Below the pieces are notes generated by a model, which was given only the letters and a program-made list of their open reading frames with translations, was not told where the DNA came from and did no database searches. The position numbers were made by a program, and so were the translations under genes. A DNA stretch of 63,513 nucleotides, counting the filler, from Thermodesulfobacteriota bacterium (GTDB taxonomy: Bacteria > DASVDK01): assembly GCA_036381125.1 (NCBI GenBank). It is 8 parts of 8 records of this genome, joined end to end, with 100 filler letters (N's around TTAATTAATTAA, not from the genome) between each part and the next. Parts side by side here need not be neighbours in the genome. Positions count along the whole stretch, not along the records: positions 43,856 to 51,034 come from DASVDK010000299.1; positions 51,135 to 56,233 come from DASVDK010000301.1; positions 56,334 to 60,502 come from DASVDK010000305.1; 5 more parts are not named here. One strand, written 5' to 3'. Below are positions 47,835-58,148 of the stretch, piece after piece; within the stretch, counting starts at the first letter, position 1; each line of letters starts with the position of its first letter.

Positions 47835-49174
47835 GCGAGGCGCCGATCGTCCCGCGGCTCGACGCCGCCGACCCGGCCTGCCGCCCGCACCTGGCCCGCC
47901 TCGCGGGCCGCGCGGGCCAGGTGGACCCGGCCGTGGAGCGGACGGTGCGCGAGATCGTCGAGGCGGTGCGCGCCGAGGGGGACGCGGCGCTCGTCCGCCT
48001 CACCCGCGAGTTCGACGGCGTCGACCTGGCGCGCGAGGGGCTCTGGATCGAGGGCGACCGCCTCGAGCGGGCGGCGGAGCGCCTCGACGCGGCGACGCGC
48101 GCCGCGCTGGAGGACGCGGCCTCGCGCGTCCGCGCGTTCCACGAGGGGCAGATGGCGCGGCTCGGGCGGAGCGGAGCCCCGACGCCGCCCGAGGCGCTGC
48201 CGGAGGGCATCTACGTCGACTCGCGGACGACGCCGCTCGCCCGGGTCGGCTGCTACGTGCCGGGCGGGACGGCGGCCTACCCGTCGTCGGTCCTGATGAA
48301 CCTGGTGCCCGCAGCGGTCGCGGGGGTCGAGGAGCTGGTCGTCGCCATGCCGACGCCGCGCGGCGAGGTGAGCGACGCGGCGCTCGCGGCGATGCGCCTC
48401 TCCGGCGTGCGGCGCGTCCTGCGCGTCGGCGGGGCGCAGGCGGTCGCCGCGCTCGCGTACGGGACCGGGTCGGTGCCGCGCGTGGACAAGATCGTCGGTC
48501 CCGGCAACATCTACGTGGCCACGGCCAAGCGCCTGCTCTTCGGCGAGGTGGACATCGACATGGTGGCCGGCCCATCGGAGATCCTGGTCGTGGCCGACGA
48601 CTCGGCGCGGCCCGACTTCGTGGCGGCCGACCTGCTGTCCCAGGCCGAGCACGACACGCTCGCCTCGGCGGTCCTCCTGACGCCGTCCAGCCGGCTGGCC
48701 GACGCGGTCGAGGCCGAGCTCGCCCGCCAGCTCGCGCGGCTGCCGCGGCGCGACATCGCGGCGCGGTCGCTCGCCGCCTTCGGCGCGCTGGTCGTCACGC
48801 GCGACCTCGACGAGGCCGTGCGCCTCGCCAACGCGCTGGCGCCCGAGCACTGCGAGCTGGCCGTGGCCGACCCGGCGGCGCTCGCGCCGCGCATCCGCAA
48901 CGCCGGCGCGCTCTTCCTCGGCCACTGGGCCACCGAGGCGCTCGGCGACTACTGCGCCGGCCCCTCGCACGTGCTGCCGACCGGCGGGACGGCCCGGTTC
49001 TTCTCGCCGCTGTCGGTCGAGACCTTTCTCAAGCGGACGAGCCTCATCGCCTGCTCGCCGGAGGGGGCGAGGCGGCTCGCCCCCACCGCCATCCGCCTGG
49101 CCGAGGCGGAGGGTCTGGAGGGACACGCCGAGGCGGTCCGCCTGCGGCAGCGGGCGCTGGAGGTGGGAGCGTGA
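47831..49174 (+). CDS. hisD: histidinol dehydrogenase
   Basis: YVPGGTAAYPSS, GPGNIYV, AGPSE, SQAEHD, APEH, GPSHVLPT. Confidence 0.97.
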   Translation: MSEAPIVPRLDAADPACRPHLARLAGRAGQVDPAVERTVREIVEAVRAEGDAALVRLTREFDGVDLAREGLWIEGDRLERAAERLDAATRAALEDAASRVRAFHEGQMARLGRSGAPTPPEALPEGIYVDSRTTPLARVGCYVPGGTAAYPSSVLMNLVPAAVAGVEELVVAMPTPRGEVSDAALAAMRLSGVRRVLRVGGAQAVAALAYGTGSVPRVDKIVGPGNIYVATAKRLLFGEVDIDMVAGPSEILVVADDSARPDFVAADLLSQAEHDTLASAVLLTPSSRLADAVEAELARQLARLPRRDIAARSLAAFGALVVTRDLDEAVRLANALAPEHCELAVADPAALAPRIRNAGALFLGHWATEALGDYCAGPSHVLPTGGTARFFSPLSVETFLKRTSLIACSPEGARRLAPTAIRLAEAEGLEGHAEAVRLRQRALEVGA

Positions 49175-50250
49175 GCGTCTACCGGGGCATCCTCGCGCCC
49201 GAGCTGCTCTCGGCCAGGGCCTACCCGATCATCGGCGACTCCTGCCCGGTGAACCTCGACGCGAACGAGGCGCCCTACGGGCCGACCGGGCCGCTCCTCG
49301 AGCGGATCGCGGCGGCGCTCGCCGCCGTCGAGCTGAACCGCTACCCCGATCCGGGGGCCGACCGCCTGCGCGAGGCGCTCGGCCGGCGCCTCGGCGTCGG
49401 GGCGGAGCAGCTCCTCCTCGGCGTCGGGTCGGACGAGCTGATCCAGACGCTCCTCGTCGCGACGCGCGGCGTGGGGGGCGGCGTCCTCGTCCCGGCCCCG
49501 ACCTTCCCGATGTACCGGCTCACGGGCCGGGCGCTCGGGCACGCCGTCACCGAGGTGCCGCTCACGGCCGCCATGCAGCTCGACCGGGCCGCCATGCTCG
49601 CCGCCATCCGGCGAGAGCGCCCGGCCGTGGTCTTCCTCGCCTCGCCCAACAACCCGACGGGGGCCTGCTTCGCCGACGCCGACATCGAGGCGGTGCTCGA
49701 GGCGGCGCCGGGGCTCGTCGTGATCGACGAGGCGTACGGCGACTTCGCCGGGAAGAGCTGGATTCCGCGGGTCGCCGCGAACCCGCGGCTCGTCGTGCTG
49801 CGGACCTTCTCGAAGGTCGGGCTGGCCGCCATCCGGCTCGGCTACCTCGCGGCGCGGGCGGAGCTGGTCGCGGAGCTGAACAAGGTGCGGCTGCCGTACA
49901 ACGTGCCGGCCACGACGCAGGCCGTGGCGCTCGCCGCGCTCGAGGACCCGGGCTTCCCCGCCGAGCCGGCGCGCAGGCTCGTCGCGGAGCGGGAGCGGCT
50001 CGCCCCCCGGCTCGCCGAGCTGCCCGGCGTCCTCGAGGTGTATCCTTCGGATGCGAACTTCCTCTTCTGCCGGGTGCGCGACCCGCTGGCCGCGTACGAG
50101 GGGCTCAAGGCCCGCGGCGTCCTGGTGAAGCTCGTCCCCCCGGGCACGCCGCCCGGCTTCCCGGGCGGCCTCAGGATCACGGTGGGGACGCCGGCCGAGC
50201 ACGATCGGCTCGTCGACGCGCTGGGCGAGGCGCTGCGCGAGGGGCGCTGA
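49171..50250 (+). CDS. hisC: histidinol-phosphate aminotransferase
   Basis: LDANE, NRYPD, SPNNPTG, IDEAY, RTFSKVGLAAIRLGY. Confidence 0.95.
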   Translation: MSVYRGILAPELLSARAYPIIGDSCPVNLDANEAPYGPTGPLLERIAAALAAVELNRYPDPGADRLREALGRRLGVGAEQLLLGVGSDELIQTLLVATRGVGGGVLVPAPTFPMYRLTGRALGHAVTEVPLTAAMQLDRAAMLAAIRRERPAVVFLASPNNPTGACFADADIEAVLEAAPGLVVIDEAYGDFAGKSWIPRVAANPRLVVLRTFSKVGLAAIRLGYLAARAELVAELNKVRLPYNVPATTQAVALAALEDPGFPAEPARRLVAERERLAPRLAELPGVLEVYPSDANFLFCRVRDPLAAYEGLKARGVLVKLVPPGTPPGFPGGLRITVGTPAEHDRLVDALGEALREGR

Positions 50251-50272
50251 GGGACTACGGAGGGCTCTGCCA

Positions 50273-50950
50273 GTGTCCAAGCGGACGGATCAGGACGGGA
50301 CGGGCGTGGGCGATCTGCCGGCGCCGCTCGGCGCCCACCGCGTCGGCCGGCGGGCGGAGGTGGTGCGGACCACCCGCGAGACCGACATCCGGCTCTCGCT
50401 CGACCTCGACGGCCGCGGGCACGGCGACGTCGAGACCGGCGTGCCGTTCCTCGACCACATGCTGAGTCAGGTGGCGCGCCACGGCCTCTTCGACCTCACC
50501 GTGCGGGCGAAGGGCGACACGCACATCGACGACCACCACACCGTCGAGGACACGGCCATCTGCCTCGGGCAGGCGCTCGTCGAGGCGCTCGGCGACCGGC
50601 GCGGCATCCGCCGCTACGGCTCCTGCACGCTGCCGATGGTCGAGACCCTCACGACGGTGGCGCTCGACCTCTCGGGACGTGGGCACTTCGTCTACCGGGT
50701 GAAGTTCCCGGGCGAGCGGATCGGCACGTTCCACCAGGAGCTGGTCGAGGAGTTCTTCCGGGCCTTCGCCGACCGGGCGGGGGTCGAACTGCACGTCAAC
50801 CTGCACTACGGCTCCAACATGCACCACATGGCCGAGTCGATCTTCAAGGCGTTCGCCCGCGCCCTCGACGACGCCACGCGGATCGACCCGCGGATGGCCG
50901 GCGAGCTGCCGACCACCAAGGGGCTCCTCGAGGGGGCCCGGCAGCGGTGA
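50273..50950 (+). CDS. hisB: imidazoleglycerol-phosphate dehydratase (start uncertain)
   Basis: RTTRETDI, FLDHML, DDHHTVED, NMHHMAESIFKA, PTTKG. Confidence 0.95.
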   Translation: MSKRTDQDGTGVGDLPAPLGAHRVGRRAEVVRTTRETDIRLSLDLDGRGHGDVETGVPFLDHMLSQVARHGLFDLTVRAKGDTHIDDHHTVEDTAICLGQALVEALGDRRGIRRYGSCTLPMVETLTTVALDLSGRGHFVYRVKFPGERIGTFHQELVEEFFRAFADRAGVELHVNLHYGSNMHHMAESIFKAFARALDDATRIDPRMAGELPTTKGLLEGARQR

Positions 50951-51134
50951 GCGTGGTGCGCGAGGCCCCCCGGCGGATGAAGGCGCGGACGGCACCGAGA
51001 GCGAGGCCGGGCTTTGCCCGGCCGAGCGGGGAGGNNNNNNNNNNNNNNNNNNNNNNNNNNNNNNNNNNNNNNNNNNNNTTAATTAATTAANNNNNNNNNN
51101 NNNNNNNNNNNNNNNNNNNNNNNNNNNNNNNNNN

Positions 51135-52835
51135 GTCGAGGACGACGTCGCGGCGCTCGAGGCTGCACTCGCCGACGGCGGGACCGCGGCGCTCGCCTCG
51201 GCCGCAGCGCTCTATACGGGGGATTTCCTCGAGGGCTTCGCCCTCGACGAGGAGCCGTTCGAGGACTGGCGCCGCCGCGAGGCGGCGCGTCTCAGGGCGA
51301 GGACGCTCGACGGCCTCGGCCGGCTCCTCCACAGGTACGTCGAGGCCGGGGACGCGGAGGCCGCCCTCGCGCTCGGGGAACGGCTCCTCGCCCTCGACCC
51401 CGCGGCCGAGGAGACGCACCGCGCCCTCATGCGGCTCCACATCGACCGCGGCGCCCTCGGCGCCGCGATGCGTCAGTACGAGCGGTGCCGCGCGGCGCTC
51501 GAGGCGGAGCTGGGCGTGCCGCCGTCGGCCGAGACCGAGGCGCTCCGCCGCCAGATCCGGCCGCGGCCGCAGGGGCCGTCCGAGCGCGCCGATCCCGCCA
51601 GGCCGATCGTGGCGGTGCTCCCCTTCGCCAACCTCTCGGAGGACCCCGCGCAGGGCTACTTCGCGCGCGGCTTCGCCGAGGACGTGCTGCGGGAGCTGTC
51701 GCGCTTCCGCTCGCTCGGCGTCATCGCCAGCCAGTCCTCGTTCGCCGTCGACCCGCACCTGCCGCCGGCCGAGATCGGCGAGCGGCTCGGCGCGCGCTAC
51801 CTGCTGTTCGGCAGCGTCCGCAAGCCGGCCGCCGCGGCCGGCTCCGTGCGAATCGGCGCCGAGCTGGTCGACGCCGAGACCGGCCGTTACGTCTGGACGC
51901 ACCGGTACGACGTCGCCGCCGACGCCCTCTTCGACACCCAGGACGACATCGTCCGGGGCGTCGTCGCCGGGCTGGCGCTGCGCATCGACGAGGCGGAACT
52001 CGGCCGCGTGCGGACGCGCCGGCTCGGCGACCTCGGGGCCTACGACTGCTGGCTGAAGGGGCTCGAGTCGCTGCGGCGCGGGACGCTCGAGAGCCACGGC
52101 GAGGCCCGGGCGCTCTTCCAGCGCGCCCTCGAGGCCGACCCGCGCTTCGCGCGCGCCCATGCCGGGCTCTCGCTCGCGCACTTCAACGACTGGAGCTGCC
52201 ACGCGTGGGACCATTGGGACGAGTGCGAGCGGCTGGCGTTCCATCACGCCGCCGAGGCGGTCGCCCTCGACGACGCCGACCACGTGACGCAGTTCATCCT
52301 CGGGCGGATCCTGATCTACCGGAGGGAGTTCGAGCGGGGCGAGTGGCACCTCGACCGGGCCTACGCGCTGAACCCGAACGACGCCCACATCCTGACCCAC
52401 ATGGCGCTCGCCCGGGCCTACCTCGGCCAGGCCGACCGCGGCATCGAGGCAGCGCGGACCGCCATGCGCCTCAACCCCTTCCACGACGACTGGTACTTCG
52501 CGCTCGCCGCCGCGCCGCACTTCGTGGGGCGCCGGCTCGAGGAGGCCGTCTCGCTTGCGCTGCGCGCGCCGGACGCGGCGGTCGACGTCCGGGCCTACCT
52601 CGCCGCCGCCCTCGCGCACCTCGGGCGTACGGACGAGGCGCGCCGGTACCTCGACGGCTTCCTGCGCCTCTTCCGGACGAAGATCACGGCCGGCCGAGAG
52701 CCCGAGCCCGACGAGCCGGGCAGGTGGCTGCTCCACGTGAACCCGTTCAAGCGGGAGGAGGATCGCGCCTACCTGCTCGCCGGTCTCGAGAAGGCCGGGA
52801 TGCCGGCGGCGGGCCGGCTCCTGATCCGGTCCTGA
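51135..52835 (+). CDS. BTAD (SARP-like) regulator with TolB-like and TPR domains, 5' truncated
   Basis: LYTGDFLEG...FEDW, DPAAEETHRALMRL, ELGVPPSAET, VAVLPFANLS, TPR repeats. Confidence 0.88.
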   Translation, partial: VEDDVAALEAALADGGTAALASAAALYTGDFLEGFALDEEPFEDWRRREAARLRARTLDGLGRLLHRYVEAGDAEAALALGERLLALDPAAEETHRALMRLHIDRGALGAAMRQYERCRAALEAELGVPPSAETEALRRQIRPRPQGPSERADPARPIVAVLPFANLSEDPAQGYFARGFAEDVLRELSRFRSLGVIASQSSFAVDPHLPPAEIGERLGARYLLFGSVRKPAAAAGSVRIGAELVDAETGRYVWTHRYDVAADALFDTQDDIVRGVVAGLALRIDEAELGRVRTRRLGDLGAYDCWLKGLESLRRGTLESHGEARALFQRALEADPRFARAHAGLSLAHFNDWSCHAWDHWDECERLAFHHAAEAVALDDADHVTQFILGRILIYRREFERGEWHLDRAYALNPNDAHILTHMALARAYLGQADRGIEAARTAMRLNPFHDDWYFALAAAPHFVGRRLEEAVSLALRAPDAAVDVRAYLAAALAHLGRTDEARRYLDGFLRLFRTKITAGREPEPDEPGRWLLHVNPFKREEDRAYLLAGLEKAGMPAAGRLLIRS

Positions 52836-52938
52836 CCGGTCTCGCCCCTTCGGCCGTCGCGCTCGCGTGCCGCGACTCGCGGCGCACGGCGCGGCATCGG
52901 CGCTCGAGCAACGGGACGCGCGGGGGAACGGAAGGCGC

Positions 52939-52998
52939 GGGGCCGGGCCTCGCCGCGTTCCTCGGCGGCGGCCGTGGAACACGATAAGGCCCGACCCC
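52939..52998. repeat. degenerate inverted pair of the ACCTGACCCC repeat family
   Basis: GGAACACGATAAGGCCCGACCCC (52976-52998) matches the 24-bp unit at 17/23; inverted partner at 52939-52961. Confidence 0.55.
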
Positions 52999-53014
52999 GT
53001 CTGGCTGGTTGGGC

Positions 53015-54343
53015 CTAGGCGGCCCTGGGCTCGGCCGACGCGCGGGCGAGCAGCGTCCGGCCGAGGGCGCTCGTCGGCTTCAGGTCGACCCGCTCGGCCG
53101 CGAGCGCCCGCGCGAACGCCAACTGCCCGTCGCGCAGCGCGGCCTCGATCAGGGTGAGGTCGATCAGGTCGCGCTGCGCGTGGCTGCCGCCGAAACGAGC
53201 GGCGACGTTGCGCACCGGGCGCAGCAGCCGCACCGTCTCGCCGTAGCCTCCCTCGCCGAAGGCGAGGATCGCGCGGGTAACCGGCGCCCCCACCTCGCGC
53301 GTGAAGAGCACGTTGTCGCCGGCGCCCTCCAGCGCGCGCGCCTGGGCCTCGAGCACCGCACGGGCCGCCTTCGGCCGGTTCGCCCCGACGAAGGCCATCA
53401 TGGCGTGCGCGTCGTTGAAGGCGTAGGTGCCGGCCGCGGCGATCGGCTCCCAGGCGTCCGCCACCGCCTCCCAGCGGGTGCCGAGGTCCACGCCCCGGAG
53501 GTAGAGCCGCCAGAGCAGCGCCGAGGCGTCGATCATGTCGAGCACGACGCGCGACTTCGCCCCGTAGATCGGCCCGTCGTAGAGGGCGAGCACCTCGTCC
53601 ACCTCGTCCAGGTCGAGGTGGTAGAGCGCCAGGTGCCACCAGTTGTGCACGCAGAAGAAGCTGTCCTTCGACCAGGCGTCGGGGTTGGCCCGCATCCAGC
53701 CGATGCCGTCCCGCTGCCGCCCCTGCATCTCCATCACGTGCGCCACGGCGTGCTGCGCCCAGCCGTCGCGCGGCTCGAGGTCGACCGCCCGGCGCCCCGC
53801 GCGCTCGGCGCGGTCGTAGAGCCCGGTCTCCTCGAGGCCGAAGGCGTGCATGCCGAGGATCGCGTGGTAGCCCGGCATGCCGGGCGACCAGGCCGGCAGT
53901 GCGCGGGCGACCCGGTCGCGGATCATCCGCGAGTCACCCCTGTAGAAGTCGATCAGATGCCCCGCCTGGATCGCCAGCGCGTCGGTCGGGTGCTCGATCG
54001 CCACGTCCTCGAGCGTCCGGCCGGCCGCCTGCCACTCGCCCTCGATCAGGCGGCCGACCGCCTCGACGTGCCCGCGCTCGCGGGTGGTCATCGGCAGCCG
54101 CGCCGCGGCCTCGTAGCAGGCCCGCGCGACCGGCAGGCCGGTCGGCTCCGTGCCGAGCAGGTGCAGGTAGGCCTTGAGCACGTACCCCATCACGAACTCC
54201 GGGCTCTCGGCCAGGGCGCGGTCGATGGTGGCGACCGGATCGCCGATGTAGCACTGCAGCTCGCGCAATGCCTGCTCGAACGCCTCGACCGCCCGGGCGC
54301 CGGCCCCCGTGAGGGTCTCGCCCCGTGCATCCCTGATGGTCAT
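53015..54343 (-). CDS. tetratricopeptide repeat protein, TTC38-like
   Basis: GMHAFGLEE, WAQHAVAHVMEM, HNWWHLAL, DASALLWRL, GGSHAQRD. Confidence 0.85.
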   Translation of the reverse strand: MTIRDARGETLTGAGARAVEAFEQALRELQCYIGDPVATIDRALAESPEFVMGYVLKAYLHLLGTEPTGLPVARACYEAAARLPMTTRERGHVEAVGRLIEGEWQAAGRTLEDVAIEHPTDALAIQAGHLIDFYRGDSRMIRDRVARALPAWSPGMPGYHAILGMHAFGLEETGLYDRAERAGRRAVDLEPRDGWAQHAVAHVMEMQGRQRDGIGWMRANPDAWSKDSFFCVHNWWHLALYHLDLDEVDEVLALYDGPIYGAKSRVVLDMIDASALLWRLYLRGVDLGTRWEAVADAWEPIAAAGTYAFNDAHAMMAFVGANRPKAARAVLEAQARALEGAGDNVLFTREVGAPVTRAILAFGEGGYGETVRLLRPVRNVAARFGGSHAQRDLIDLTLIEAALRDGQLAFARALAAERVDLKPTSALGRTLLARASAEPRAA

Positions 54344-54458
54344 GGATCGTCCTCTCCTTTCCGAACGTCGAACGCTCTCTCTCGCCCGGCTGCCCCGGGC
54401 CGACGTCTCTGGAAGGTGAGGCTAGCCGGCCGGCGTCACGCGAAACGTGGCGGCGGCG

Positions 54459-54598
54459 TCAATAATGCGTGAAAAGCGCCACGCCGTTCATGCACTCCCG
54501 CAGCCCGGTCGGCTCGGGGCCCTCGTCGAACACGTGGCCGAGGCGGCCGCCGCAGCGGCTGCAGTGCATTCCGTGCGGCACATGAAGACGCTGCGGTC
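54459..54598 (-). pseudogene. msrB: remnant of the msrB (methionine-R-sulfoxide reductase) C-terminus
   Basis: [10 protein letters not shown]/(1-nt deletion)/[31 protein letters not shown]. Confidence 0.75.
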
Positions 54599-54790
54599 CC
54601 TCCCAGGCGATCCCGCCTCCCGCGGCCGGGTCGACCGGCCGCGCGGCGCTGAGCCAGGCCGCCCGAATGCCGCCCGCGGGCCCGTCTCGCGATTCGGGCG
54701 TCCGGGATGTGACCGCGGCGGCTTGACACCCCGGCCGGCTTCCGCGATACCCGGCCCGCTCGGTCCCGTTGTCGCGCGAGGAGGTGGACG

Positions 54791-55033
54791 GTGATCGCCA
54801 TCGCGTTCGGTCTCGTCAAGATGCTCGTGCTGCTCGTGCCGGGGGTGATCTGCCTGGCGAGCCCGGAGTCGGTCCGCAACGTGGCGCTCGAGGCGCGGCG
54901 CAGGTATGGGCTCGATCGCTCCTGGCAGGACCGGATGTTCACCGAGGACTTCCTCGTGTCGATTCGCCTCTGCGGCGGCGTGCTCCTCTTCTTCGCCGTC
55001 CTGCTCGGCTTCGTCGTGCTCCGACAGGGGTAG
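54791..55033 (+). CDS. small two-TM hypothetical protein
   Basis: RBS GAGGAGGT; upstream TTGACA; two hydrophobic segments. Confidence 0.6.
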   Translation: MIAIAFGLVKMLVLLVPGVICLASPESVRNVALEARRRYGLDRSWQDRMFTEDFLVSIRLCGGVLLFFAVLLGFVVLRQG

Positions 55034-55045
55034 GCCGGACCTCGA

Positions 55046-55615
55046 TCAGAAGTCCCCGACGTCGCCCCCGGAGTCGCTGCCGAAGTCGTCCGCCTCGTCG
55101 AAGCCCCCGGCGTCGCCCGCGTCCTCGGCCGTCGCGTCCGGGTCCGGGGCGTCGGGGTCGGGCTCCGCGGCGCCGGCCGCGTCGAAGCCGCCGAGGAGCT
55201 GGTTCGCGATGGCCGTCCCGATGAACGCCCCGGCGATCGTGCCGAGCAGGCTCCCGGCAAAGGCGCCCCCCATCCCGACGCCGCCGAAGCTCCGCTCGAG
55301 CGTGCCGGGCCGCCGCATCTCCGCCCGCGTCGCCGCGCGCGCCAGGGTGCGCGGGTCGGCGTCGCGCGACGGGTCGAGCCGCTCGCCCGGCGGCGCCTCG
55401 CGGGCCAGTTGCCCCAGCACCTGGACGCGCTGCTCGGCCGTGAGCTGCGCGAAGGCCTCGGCGTGCGCCTGCTCGATCGCTTCGGGCGGCGCCGTGCGAA
55501 GCAGGTACCGGTAGCGGGCGATGGCCTGCTCGTCACCCGGTCTGGCGGGACGCGCCTCGCGATCGGGCGGCGGCTCCGGCCGGTCCCCGCCGAACAGACG
55601 ATCCAGGAGTCCCAT
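55046..55615 (-). CDS. hypothetical protein with acidic Gly/Asp-rich tail
   Basis: RBS GGAGGT; MGLLDRLFG, DEQAIARYRYLLRTAPPEAIEQAHAEAF. Confidence 0.75.
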   Translation of the reverse strand: MGLLDRLFGGDRPEPPPDREARPARPGDEQAIARYRYLLRTAPPEAIEQAHAEAFAQLTAEQRVQVLGQLAREAPPGERLDPSRDADPRTLARAATRAEMRRPGTLERSFGGVGMGGAFAGSLLGTIAGAFIGTAIANQLLGGFDAAGAAEPDPDAPDPDATAEDAGDAGGFDEADDFGSDSGGDVGDF

Positions 55616-55787
55616 GGTGTCACCTCCCCGTACGTGAAGGTCGTCCGGCGATCCGACGCACGGACGACGATCCGACGCACGGACCGTGCCCCCGGAGGGC
55701 AAGTCGCCCGGCACGCCAGCCATCCGCTCCCTCGGGCGCGGGTCTCGCAAGCCCTCCTCGAAACCCGTTCCGAGGAGGTCCAGCACC

Positions 55788-56174
55788 ATGCCGGTACGCG
55801 GTCGCAAGGGCGGCACCGAGCTGCCGAGCACGATCGAGCGGTCGGACAGGCGCGCGCAGACCATCTGGCGCCGGGCGCACGACAGCGCCGTCAAGACCTA
55901 CGGCGAGGGGAGGAGCGCCCATCGGGTGGCCTACGCGGCGCTCAAGCACGAGTACGAGAAGCGCGGCGACCGGTGGGTCGCCAAGGGCTGGAAGGGGCCG
56001 TCCGATCCCCAGGCGCGCCGCGGCCCGACGACCCGCCGGAAGTCGACCGACGAGCCGCGCAGCGCCACGGCCGGCGGCAAGGTCGCGCGCAGCGAGTCCG
56101 GCGCGCGCAAGGCGGCGCGCGCCGCGAGGCGCGAGTACGCGAGAGGACGCCGGCGGGCGACCGGGCGCACGTAG
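55788..56174 (+). CDS. ChaB family protein
   Basis: ELPSTIERS...AHDSAVKTYGEG...AYAALKHEYEKRGDRW; RBS GAGGAGG. Confidence 0.85.
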   Translation: MPVRGRKGGTELPSTIERSDRRAQTIWRRAHDSAVKTYGEGRSAHRVAYAALKHEYEKRGDRWVAKGWKGPSDPQARRGPTTRRKSTDEPRSATAGGKVARSESGARKAARAARREYARGRRRATGRT

Positions 56175-56335
56175 GCCGTGGGCTCGCCGGCCGGCTGGCG
56201 CGGCTGCTCCGGCGCCTGATGGCGCGCCTGCGGNNNNNNNNNNNNNNNNNNNNNNNNNNNNNNNNNNNNNNNNNNNNTTAATTAATTAANNNNNNNNNNN
56301 NNNNNNNNNNNNNNNNNNNNNNNNNNNNNNNNNTC

Positions 56336-56713
56336 GATGCGGCAAGCGCCGTCGCCGGGGTCGTCGAGCCGGGCGACCTCGTCGACGTGGTCCTCGTCTG
56401 GCGTGACGGCGGCGGCGAGGGCCGGGCGGCGACGCTCCTCGAGTCGGTCGGCGTCCTGGCGGTGGGCGACCGGCGGCGCCCGGGCGGTGCCCCGAACGAG
56501 AGCAGCACCGCGGTGCTCGAGACCAGCCCGCGCGAGGCGGAAGCGCTGCTCGTCGCGATGGATCAGGGACGGCTCGCGCTCGTCCTGCGCGCCGCCGGCG
56601 ACCGCACGCCGCGCCCCGACCGCCGGCCGGTCACGCTGCCGCCCCTGCTGCCCGGCTTCCGGGCCCCGGCCGTCCGCGGGCCGGGCGTGGAGATCATCCG
56701 TGGCGCCCGCTAG
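56336..56713 (+). CDS. cpaB: Flp pilus assembly protein CpaB/RcpC, C-terminal part
   Basis: [32 protein letters not shown]. Confidence 0.8.
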   Translation, partial: DAASAVAGVVEPGDLVDVVLVWRDGGGEGRAATLLESVGVLAVGDRRRPGGAPNESSTAVLETSPREAEALLVAMDQGRLALVLRAAGDRTPRPDRRPVTLPPLLPGFRAPAVRGPGVEIIRGAR

Positions 56714-58148
56714 CCTGGCGGCCCTCACGCTCTGCCTGCTGCTCGCCTCGGCCGGAGGCGGGGCGCACGCGGCCTCGCCGGGTGAGCCTCGCGCCGCCGT
56801 CACCCTCGCCGTCGGCGCGCAACACCTCGTCGAGACGCCCGGCCTCGAGCGCGTCGCCGTGGGCGCCCCCGAGCTGGTCGGGCTGCGCGTCGTGGACCAG
56901 GGGCGGCGCGTGCTCCTGACCGGGCTTGCGCCGGGCGTCACGACGCTCACGCTCTGGGGCCGCGACGGCGCGGCGACGACGACCGCGGTGCACGTCGTGG
57001 GGCGGGACCCCGAGATGCTCCGCAGGGAGATCGGCGCCCTCCTCGACGGGATCGAGGGACTCGACCTCCGGGTGGCGGGCGACCTCGTCCTCGTCGACGG
57101 CGCGCTCCATCGCCGCAGTGACCGCGAGCGGGTGGCGCGCGTCGTCGCCCTGTATCCGCAGGCCCGCGACCTCACGGTCCCGAGCCCCCTCCTCCACCGT
57201 ACGGCCGCCGCCCGCGTGAACCGGGCGTTCGCGGCCGCGGGCCTGCACGGCGTCCGGGCGGTGGCGACCCCCGGCGCCGTCGTGGTCGAGGGGCAGGCGG
57301 CGTCGCCCGCGGCGCTCGAGCACGCGCAGCGCATCGCCGAGAGCCTCGCCGGTCCGGTCACGCTCCTGGCCTCCGCCGGCGTGCCGGCCTCGCCGATGAT
57401 CGGCCTCGACGTCCGGTTCCTCGAGATCTCCCGCTCGTCGCTCGCGCAGGTCGGCATCCGATGGCCCGAGGCCGTCCCCCTGACCGGCTCGTTCACGGCC
57501 GCCGTGCCGCTCGACGGGGGCGGGACGAGCGCATCGCTCGGCCTCTCCACGTCGTTCGCCACGACGCTCCTCGCCCTCATGCGCGACGGCCGCGCCCGCC
57601 TCCTCGCCAACCCCCGACTCGTCACGCGGAGCGGCGAGCCGGCGGACTTCCTGGCGGGCGGGGAGATCCCCATCGCCCTCGTGGGCGAGCGGGAGAACAC
57701 GTTCATCTGGCGGCCGTACGGCATCCTCCTCGAGTGCACCCCCGAAGCCGGCCGGGACGGCCGGATCGCCGCGCGGCTGAGCGTCGAGGTCAGCACGCTC
57801 GATCGCGCCAACGGCATCCCCGAGGCGCCGGCCCTGGCGACCCGCCGCGTCCGGACGGCCTTCACCGTCCACGCGGGACAGACGATCGCGCTGTCGGGCC
57901 TCCTCAGCGCCGACGCGGCCAAGGACGTGCAGCGGGTGCCGGGACTCGGGCGCATCCCGATCCTCGGCGAACTCTTCAAGTCGCGCGCCTGGCAGGGGCG
58001 GGAGACGGAGCTGGTCGTCTTCGTCACGCCGACGCTCGCGCCGGTCGAGGCCGCAGCCGGCGGCCGGGACGACGCGGCCCTGTGGCAGCGCGCCAGGAGG
58101 CGGTACGAGGCGATGGCCGACGACCTCGAGCCGTCCGTCCATGACTGA
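56700..58148 (+). CDS. cpaC: Tad secretin CpaC/RcpA
   Basis: Signal peptide; [49 protein letters not shown]. Confidence 0.9.
   Translation: MAPASLAALTLCLLLASAGGGAHAASPGEPRAAVTLAVGAQHLVETPGLERVAVGAPELVGLRVVDQGRRVLLTGLAPGVTTLTLWGRDGAATTTAVHVVGRDPEMLRREIGALLDGIEGLDLRVAGDLVLVDGALHRRSDRERVARVVALYPQARDLTVPSPLLHRTAAARVNRAFAAAGLHGVRAVATPGAVVVEGQAASPAALEHAQRIAESLAGPVTLLASAGVPASPMIGLDVRFLEISRSSLAQVGIRWPEAVPLTGSFTAAVPLDGGGTSASLGLSTSFATTLLALMRDGRARLLANPRLVTRSGEPADFLAGGEIPIALVGERENTFIWRPYGILLECTPEAGRDGRIAARLSVEVSTLDRANGIPEAPALATRRVRTAFTVHAGQTIALSGLLSADAAKDVQRVPGLGRIPILGELFKSRAWQGRETELVVFVTPTLAPVEAAAGGRDDAALWQRARRRYEAMADDLEPSVHD

Noticed and set aside
51087-53639. Long antisense or alternative-frame ORFs (this 850-aa one, 23551-25905, 36933-38981 and many others)
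   Set aside because: Shadow ORFs expected at very high GC. They are Arg/Pro/Gly-rich, lack motifs and overlap well-supported genes.
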